21,879 nucleotides of DNA. Source: Candidatus Zixiibacteriota bacterium (GTDB taxonomy: Bacteria > Zixibacteria > MSB-5A5 > GN15 > FEB-12). The translations under genes were made by a program, and so were the position numbers. The stretch covers positions 1-21,879 of the forward strand of contig JBGSIV010000142.1 of assembly GCA_041742355.1 (NCBI GenBank), in the 5' to 3' direction. Shown here piece by piece: positions 15,909-21,879 of the stretch (within the stretch, counting starts at the first letter, position 1; each line of letters starts with the position of its first letter). The notes under the pieces are model-generated. The model did no database searches. It was not told where the DNA came from and worked only from the letters and a program-made list of their open reading frames with translations.

Positions 15909-15937
15909 TTGAATCAGACCATATGTGGATGTATCTT
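15909..15937 (+). promoter_or_regulatory. Putative sigma-70 promoter for the RidA-family gene (back-to-back with the GNAT promoter)
   Basis: TTGAAT (15909-15914), 17 nt, TATCTT (15932-15937). Confidence 0.55.
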
Positions 15938-15958
15938 ATCCGAAAAAGAAAGGAACGT

Positions 15959-16345
15959 ATGCCCCGCAAACGCGTCTCATCCGGATCCCCCTACGAAGAA
16001 CCATTCGGTTTCTGCCGCGCGGTACGTGTCGGCAACACCATCCATGTCGCCGGCACCGGGCCGATTGCGCCCGATGGCTCCACCGCCGCACCGGGAGACC
16101 CCTACGGCCAGACGGTGCGCTGCCTCGAAATCATCCGCACCGCGATCGAAAACCTCGGCGGCCGCCTGTCCGATGTCGTCCGCACCCGCATGTTTGTGAC
16201 CGACCTCTCCCGGCAGGATGAATTCGGCCGGGCGCACGGCGAGTTCTTCCGCACCACCAAACCGGCCTCCACCATGGTCGGCGTGTCGGGCCTCGTGCGC
16301 GACGACTGGTATATCGAAATCGAGGCGGACGCGGTGATCGAGTAG
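15959..16345 (+). CDS. RidA/YjgF/YER057c/UK114-family protein
   Basis: SSGSPYEEPFGFCRAVRVG, DVVRTRMFVTD, PASTMVGV, IEIEADA; SD AAAGGA before ATG at 15959. Confidence 0.92.
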   Translation: MPRKRVSSGSPYEEPFGFCRAVRVGNTIHVAGTGPIAPDGSTAAPGDPYGQTVRCLEIIRTAIENLGGRLSDVVRTRMFVTDLSRQDEFGRAHGEFFRTTKPASTMVGVSGLVRDDWYIEIEADAVIE

Positions 16346-16389
16346 GCCGGCCTTCGCACCCGATCACTTGCAGTCTCTGTTTGAGTTCC

Positions 16390-16418
16390 TTGTCCGGGCT
16401 GTCTGAAGTCAGTATTTT
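16390..16418 (+). promoter_or_regulatory. Putative sigma-70 promoter for nfo
   Basis: TTGTCC (16390-16395), 17 nt, TATTTT (16413-16418). Confidence 0.4.
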
Positions 16419-16463
16419 CGCTGTCGAGTAACCCGGCACCCGCCGAACCAACGAGGATTTGCC

Positions 16464-17315
16464 ATGCGTTTCGGAGCCCACCAGTCCATCGCCGGCGGCG
16501 TCTTCACCGCCATCGAACGCGGCCAGAAAGCCGGCTGCGACACTATCCAGATGTTCAACAAGTCGAACAACCAGTGGAAAGCCAAGACCCTTTCCATCGA
16601 AGAAATCGACCTGTTCTTCCGACGGATCGAGGAAACCGGCGTGACCGTCTCCGTCTCGCACACCTCGTACCTGATCAATATCGCCTCCCCTGATGAAGCC
16701 CTCGCGGAGAAGTCCTACCTCTCCCTCAAGGAAGAGATGGAGCGCTGCAACACGCTCAGGATCCCGAACCTCGTCTTTCATCCGGGCTCACATGTCGGCT
16801 GCGGCGAGGAGATCGGCATGGACCGGGTCGCCTTCTATGTCAACCGCCTCTTTTCCGAACTCCCCGACAACACCGTCACCCTCCTGTATGAGACTACCGC
16901 CGGGCAGGGGACCAACCTCGGCTACAGCTTCGAGCAGCTTGCTTATATGATCGATCGGGTGGAGAACAAAGCGCAGATGGGCGTCTGTTTCGACACCTGC
17001 CATGTCTTTGCCGCCGGCTACCCGATCTCCGATCCGGCCGACTATGTCAAAACGATGAAGCAGTTCGACAGCGTGATCGGTCTGGATCGCCTCAGGATCA
17101 TCCACGCCAACGACAGTATGAAAGAGCTCGGCTCCAAGCGCGACCGTCACCAGCATATCGGGAAAGGCTGCATCGGTCTCGAGGCGTTCCGCAACCTGAT
17201 CAACGACAAACGTCTCAAAAATGTCCCGATGATTCTCGAAACCCCCAAAGAAGACGATCTTACCGAGGATATTGAAAACCTCAGAGTCCTGCGCAGTCTG
17301 GTGAAGTCGAAGTAA
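16464..17315 (+). CDS. nfo: Endonuclease IV (AP endonuclease, deoxyribonuclease IV)
   Basis: GAHQSIAGG, HTSYLIN, FHPGS, ETTAGQG, CFDTCH, HANDS, DRHQHIG, ILETP metal-ligand motifs. Confidence 0.96.
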   Translation: MRFGAHQSIAGGVFTAIERGQKAGCDTIQMFNKSNNQWKAKTLSIEEIDLFFRRIEETGVTVSVSHTSYLINIASPDEALAEKSYLSLKEEMERCNTLRIPNLVFHPGSHVGCGEEIGMDRVAFYVNRLFSELPDNTVTLLYETTAGQGTNLGYSFEQLAYMIDRVENKAQMGVCFDTCHVFAAGYPISDPADYVKTMKQFDSVIGLDRLRIIHANDSMKELGSKRDRHQHIGKGCIGLEAFRNLINDKRLKNVPMILETPKEDDLTEDIENLRVLRSLVKSK

Positions 17316-17365
17316 TCACCTTGCACCAGTCGGTCGGCGCGGTGAAAGGGGAGGGAAGTTGTTTC

Positions 17366-17394
17366 TTGCCAAACACTTTCCCTGCGGCTATTAT
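17366..17394 (+). promoter_or_regulatory. Putative sigma-70 promoter, leaderless or near-leaderless configuration
   Basis: TTGCCA (17366-17371), 17 nt, TATTAT (17389-17394), then 8 nt to ATG at 17403; no SD. Confidence 0.6.
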
Positions 17395-17402
17395 ACCCGT
17401 CT

Positions 17403-18455
17403 ATGAAACTTGGCATTATCGGCAAACCGCAGGCGGGCAAGACCACTGTCTTTAACGCCGCATCCGGCCAGCAGGAAGCAGTCGGCGACTTCAGCCAGGC
17501 CGCCCATCGCGCCATTATCAAAGTCCCCGATGCCCGGCTCCAGAAACTCGCCGAAATCGAGGATCCCAAGAAGATCACCCCGGCCGAGATCGAATTTCTC
17601 GATGCCCCCGGATTCACCGGCAAAGGCAAAGAATCCGGCCAGGTCGAAATCAGCAGCGAAATCCGCTTCATGGACGCTCTCATGGTGGTGGTCGATGCTT
17701 TCTCGGCCGATGCCACCCCGGACCGGGACATCCGCGACCTCGCCGACGAGATGATTCTCTCCGACATGGCGCTGGTCGAAAGCAACATCGAGAAGAAGAC
17801 CAAGAAGATGAAGATGACCGGGGACAAGTCCTCGGCCCGCGAAATCGAACTCCTCGAGAAGTGCCGCGCCCAGCTCGAAGCCGAGAAACCTCTGATCGAG
17901 CTCGGGATGCCCGAAGACGATCTCAAGACCCTGCGCGGGTTCACCTTCCTGTCGCTCAAACCGTTGCTGATCACGCTCAATATCAGCGAGGTTAACCTCG
18001 CTGAAATCGACGATATCCGGAAGAAGTACCAGTCCCTGGTGAATCCCGGTCAGCGGGATGTCGCTGTCGTCTGCGGCAAGATCGAGATGGAGCTGGCCGC
18101 CCTGCCCGAAAGCGAACGCGAGGCGTTCCTCAAGGACCTCGGCATTGCCACCCCGGCCGTCGAGCAGGTCATTACCAAGTCCTACGCCCTGCTCGGACTG
18201 ATCTCGTTTTTGACCGCCGGCAAACCCGAGGTCCGCGCCTGGACCATCAGGGCCGGAACCACCGCGCAGCGCGCCGCCGGCGTGATCCACAGCGATATCG
18301 AGCGCGGCTTCATCCGCGCCGAAGTCACTCGGTACGAGGATTACGTCGAGTATAAAACGGCGGCGGCTCTCAAAGCGGCCGGCAAGACCCGCCTCGAGGG
18401 CAAGGAATACATCATGCAGGACGGCGATGTCGTCCTGTTCCGGTTCAACGTCTAG
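17403..18455 (+). CDS. ychF: YchF/Ola1-family (Obg-like) ATPase, divergent variant
   Basis: P-loop GKPQAGKT, VPDARL, NISE (G4 NxxE), TGS domain LISFLTAGKPEVRAWTI..AAGVIHSDIERGFIRAEV..GKEYIMQDGDVVLFRFNV. Confidence 0.9.
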   Translation: MKLGIIGKPQAGKTTVFNAASGQQEAVGDFSQAAHRAIIKVPDARLQKLAEIEDPKKITPAEIEFLDAPGFTGKGKESGQVEISSEIRFMDALMVVVDAFSADATPDRDIRDLADEMILSDMALVESNIEKKTKKMKMTGDKSSAREIELLEKCRAQLEAEKPLIELGMPEDDLKTLRGFTFLSLKPLLITLNISEVNLAEIDDIRKKYQSLVNPGQRDVAVVCGKIEMELAALPESEREAFLKDLGIATPAVEQVITKSYALLGLISFLTAGKPEVRAWTIRAGTTAQRAAGVIHSDIERGFIRAEVTRYEDYVEYKTAAALKAAGKTRLEGKEYIMQDGDVVLFRFNV

Positions 18456-18586
18456 GATCCCTCGGACGGACCTTTTGCGAACAACACCGATCCGGCGTTG
18501 TTCTGGTATGAGTGCATCATCCCCTGCGGCCGATACTGTAACCGTCAGGGGTGCTCATGAAGCGAACACTAGCAGGTGAGGTTGCC

Positions 18587-21010
18587 GTGAATCATAAAGC
18601 CGAAGATACGCAGGAAAAGAACTCCGACGAGCGCTCGGATTCGCGCGTGCTCGCGGTGCTGCCCCTCAAGGGCACCATCGTGTACCCGTACCTGGTCGTG
18701 CCGCTCATGATCCAGGATGCCGAGCAGGCGCGCCTGGTCGACGAAGCCCTCATGCGCGGCTCGCGCATCGGCCTGTTCCTTCAGAAGGACGCCGGCAAGG
18801 ACAACCCGGGGCCCGATGACCTCTACCACGTCGGCTGCTCGGGGAGCATCCTCAAGATGCTCCGCTTCCCTGACGGCACCGTCCGTTTCCTCATCCAGGG
18901 CCTCGCCCGCATCCGCATCAAGCACTTCACGCACACCGAACGATACCTCATGGCCGAAGTCGAGGAGATCCGGGAACGCATCTCCGACGGCATCAAGATC
19001 GACGCCCTCCAGCGCAACATCATCGAGAAGATCCAGCAACTGGTCGAGCTTGCTCCCTACCTGACCGAGGAGTTCCATGTCTCGGCGATCAATCAGGACA
19101 CGCCGTCCAAACTGACCGACTTCGTCGCCTCTAACTTGAATATCTCGATCCAGCAGAAGCAGGAGCTCCTCGAAGAGGCCGATGTCCTCCGGCGCATGAA
19201 CCGGCTCTACCAGGCGATCATCAAAGAGGTCGAAGTCCTTCAGCTTTCCCAGAAGATCCAGGCGCAGGCCGCCAGCGAGCTCGGAAAGTCCCAGCGCGAC
19301 TACATCCTGCGCGAACAGCTCAAAGCCATCCAGCGCGAGCTCGGCCACGGCGAAGAAACGTCGGAGATCGAAGAGTTCGAGAACAAGATCGCCGAGGCCG
19401 GCATGCCCGAATTCGCCGAGCAGGCGGCTTGCAAGGAAGTCGACCGCCTGCGCCACATGAATCCGTCGTCGGCCGAGTATACTGTGTCCCGCACTTACCT
19501 CGACTGGCTCGTGAGCATGCCGTGGAGCAAATCCACCGAGGACAAGCTCGACCTGCGCCGCGCCAAACGGGTGCTCGACGAAGACCACTACGACCTCGCC
19601 ACCGTCAAGGACCGCATTCTCGAGTACCTCGCGGTGCGCAAACTCAAAGACGAGATCAAGGGCCCGATCCTCTGTTTCGTCGGCCCGCCCGGCGTGGGGA
19701 AAACCTCGCTCGGCCGGTCGATCGCCCGCGCTGTCGGGCGCGAGTTCTCCCGCGTGTCGCTCGGCGGCATGCGCGATGAAGCCGAAATCCGCGGCCACCG
19801 CCGCACCTACATCGGCGCCATGCCCGGCCGCATCATCCAGTCGATCAAACGCTGCGGATCGAACAACCCGGTCGTCATGCTCGACGAAATCGACAAGCTC
19901 GGCGCCGACTTCCGCGGTGATCCCTCCTCGGCCCTCCTCGAAGTGCTCGATCCGGAACAGAACGACTCCTTCTCCGACCACTACCTCGAGGTGCCGTTCA
20001 ACCTGTCGAAAGTCATGTTCATCACCACGGCCAACTGGCTCGAGCCGATTCCGGCCGTGCTGCGCGACCGCATGGAGGTGATCCGGCTGCCCGGATACAC
20101 CGACATCGAGAAAATCGCGATCGCGAAAGAACACCTCATTCCCAAGCAGCTTGAGAACCACGGCCTGACCGAGCAGAACCTGGTCTTCGAGGACTCGGCG
20201 ATCGGCGCAATCATCGAGGGCTACACTCGCGAGGCGGGCCTGCGCAACCTCGAGCGCGAAATCGCTACCGTCTGCCGCAAAGCCGCCCGCAAAGTGGCCA
20301 CCGGCACGACCGCGAAAATCGTCGTCGCCGGCAAAGACATCCCCAAACTCCTCGGACCGCAGCGCTTCACCCGCGAAGTGCTCGCCCGCCAGGGACAGGT
20401 CGGCGTCGTCCCGGGACTGGCCTACACCTCGGTCGGCGGCGAGATGCTCTTTATCGAAGCCACGTCGATGGTCGGCAAGGAGAACTTCATCCTGACCGGC
20501 CAGCTCGGCGACATTATGAAAGAGTCCGCCCAGGCCGCCCTGTCGTTTATCCGCTCGAATGCCGATGAACTCGGCATCGATCCTTCGGCCTTTGAGAAAC
20601 ACGGCATCCACATCCATGTCCCCGCCGGCGCCACGCCGAAAGACGGCCCCTCGGCCGGCATCACCATGGTTGTCGCGCTGGCCTCACTGTTCACGGCGCG
20701 GCCGGTCCGCCCGTGCCTGGCCATGACCGGCGAAATCACCCTGCGCGGCCAGATCATGCCGATCGGCGGCCTCAAGGAAAAACTCCTCGCCGCCTACCGG
20801 GCCGGCATCGATACCGTCATCCTCCCCGAGGACAACCGCAAGGATGTGGTCGAGATCCCACCCGAAATCAAGAAAAAGATCAAGTTCAGGTTCTTCTCCG
20901 AGGCACTGCCCGCGATTACTTTCGCACTGGACACCGGTGCGGTCGCCGATGGCAAGCAGGGTCGGCATAAAGCCAAAACCGTCGGGGCCAAGGTACAGAA
21001 GAAGCTGTAG
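18587..21010 (+). CDS. lon: ATP-dependent Lon protease (endopeptidase La)
   Basis: Walker [22 protein letters not shown], Walker [15 protein letters not shown] (Ser), IGGLKEK (Lys). GTG at 18587 follows AGGTGAGG; ATG at 18557 is an alternative start. Confidence 0.97.
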   Translation: MNHKAEDTQEKNSDERSDSRVLAVLPLKGTIVYPYLVVPLMIQDAEQARLVDEALMRGSRIGLFLQKDAGKDNPGPDDLYHVGCSGSILKMLRFPDGTVRFLIQGLARIRIKHFTHTERYLMAEVEEIRERISDGIKIDALQRNIIEKIQQLVELAPYLTEEFHVSAINQDTPSKLTDFVASNLNISIQQKQELLEEADVLRRMNRLYQAIIKEVEVLQLSQKIQAQAASELGKSQRDYILREQLKAIQRELGHGEETSEIEEFENKIAEAGMPEFAEQAACKEVDRLRHMNPSSAEYTVSRTYLDWLVSMPWSKSTEDKLDLRRAKRVLDEDHYDLATVKDRILEYLAVRKLKDEIKGPILCFVGPPGVGKTSLGRSIARAVGREFSRVSLGGMRDEAEIRGHRRTYIGAMPGRIIQSIKRCGSNNPVVMLDEIDKLGADFRGDPSSALLEVLDPEQNDSFSDHYLEVPFNLSKVMFITTANWLEPIPAVLRDRMEVIRLPGYTDIEKIAIAKEHLIPKQLENHGLTEQNLVFEDSAIGAIIEGYTREAGLRNLEREIATVCRKAARKVATGTTAKIVVAGKDIPKLLGPQRFTREVLARQGQVGVVPGLAYTSVGGEMLFIEATSMVGKENFILTGQLGDIMKESAQAALSFIRSNADELGIDPSAFEKHGIHIHVPAGATPKDGPSAGITMVVALASLFTARPVRPCLAMTGEITLRGQIMPIGGLKEKLLAAYRAGIDTVILPEDNRKDVVEIPPEIKKKIKFRFFSEALPAITFALDTGAVADGKQGRHKAKTVGAKVQKKL

Positions 21011-21016
21011 CCGACC

Positions 21017-21879
21017 ATGAAACTCGTCACCGCCGAACAGATGCGCGCGATCGATCGCGAGACGATCGAGAACCACGGGATTCCCGGCCCCACCCTCATG
21101 GAGAACGCCGGTCGGGGCATCGCCGAACGCATCACGGGGCTGATCGCCCCGCCCATCGAGGGCGTGGCGGTGGCGGTGTTCTGCGGCAAGGGGAATAACG
21201 GCGGCGACGGATTCGTCGTTGCGCGCCATCTCGCCGAGATGCGCGCCCGCGTCAGCATATATTTCATCGGCCCGCCGGAACTGATGTCCGAGGACTGCCG
21301 GTTGAATTTCGAACGCGTCCGCACGATGAACATCCGGCTCACCGAGGTGACGTCGCTTGCTGCCCTGCCTGAGGCGCTTGAGGCTGACCTCATTGTCGAC
21401 GCTATCTTCGGTACCGGCTTCTCCGGCGCCCCGCGCGGCTTGCCCGGCGAACTCATCGAGTATATCAATCGCCAGAACGCCCCCGTGATCGCAGTCGATT
21501 TGCCCTCCGGCCTCAACGCCGATACCGGCGGCCACGACGGCGCGGTTGTCCGCGCCGACTTCACCTTCCCGCTCGCTTTGCCCAAGTACGGTCTCTTTGT
21601 TTCCCCCGGGCGCGAACTGGCCGGCGAGGTGCAGGTTGTCCCGATTGGTGTGCCCGACGATATTCTAGCCCATTTCGATCTCGCGGTCGACCTGATCACT
21701 CCCGAACTGGTGCAGGATCGCCTGCCGGTGCGCCCGCCCGACGGCCACAAGGGCACGTTCGGCAAGCTCCTCGTGCTGGCGGGATCATTCGGTATGACGG
21801 GCGCCGCCGCTCTTGCCGGGGAGGCCGCCTACCGGTGCGGCTGCGGGCTGGTCAAGATCGGCTGCCCGCGCACCGTGCT
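21017..21879 (+). CDS. nnr: Bifunctional NAD(P)HX epimerase/dehydratase (NnrE-NnrD, YjeF), truncated at the right edge
   Basis: Not in the ORF track. Manual translation: MKLVTAEQMRAID...LMENAG...CGKGNNGGDG...VDAIFGTG...AVDLPSG...HKGTFGKLLVLAGSFGMTGAAALAG. Confidence 0.95.
   Translation, partial: MKLVTAEQMRAIDRETIENHGIPGPTLMENAGRGIAERITGLIAPPIEGVAVAVFCGKGNNGGDGFVVARHLAEMRARVSIYFIGPPELMSEDCRLNFERVRTMNIRLTEVTSLAALPEALEADLIVDAIFGTGFSGAPRGLPGELIEYINRQNAPVIAVDLPSGLNADTGGHDGAVVRADFTFPLALPKYGLFVSPGRELAGEVQVVPIGVPDDILAHFDLAVDLITPELVQDRLPVRPPDGHKGTFGKLLVLAGSFGMTGAAALAGEAAYRCGCGLVKIGCPRTV

Noticed and set aside
15823..15969. 49-aa N-terminal extension of GNAT copy B
   Set aside because: The paralogue starts at the equivalent Met, and the extension covers two divergent promoters and the ridA start.
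18479..18503. Hairpin GAACAACACCG-atc-CGGCGTTGTTC upstream of lon as a heat-shock or SOS operator
   Set aside because: Does not match CIRCE or the LexA boxes I know; may be a weak terminator but cannot be assigned.
18569..20617. Long antisense ORFs (682 aa opposite lon; likewise opposite sppA, the ThDP enzyme and ychF)
   Set aside because: Typical shadow frames of high-GC coding sequence with no recognisable motifs.

Overview
GC-rich bacterial chromosomal window, probably from a diderm (signal peptides, a predicted beta-barrel, type IV prepilins); the lineage cannot be fixed from sequence alone. Left to right: the N-terminus of a secreted patatin-like gene (minus strand, truncated); a coupled trmH-family / DUF4097-like / long SppA operon; a minus-strand minor-pilin trio (pilV-, pilW-, pilX-like); a ThDP enzyme of the acetolactate-synthase / 2-oxoglutarate-decarboxylase group and an ALDH21-like aldehyde dehydrogenase, separated by a ~700 bp spacer packed with about six different REP-like palindrome families; a tandem-SH3 protein; a secreted trypsin-like protease with a YbjN-like tail; two tandem GNAT paralogues; then ridA-family, nfo, a divergent ychF, lon and a truncated fused nnrE-nnrD. 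No rRNA, tRNA, CRISPR array, transposase or integrase was seen. The best leads are the FadL/PorV-like barrel fused to SppA, the multi-family REP mosaic, a possible 2-oxoglutarate decarboxylase plus succinic-semialdehyde dehydrogenase TCA bypass, the mosaic GNAT duplication and several apparently leaderless genes. All family assignments rest on motif recognition by eye, not database searches.
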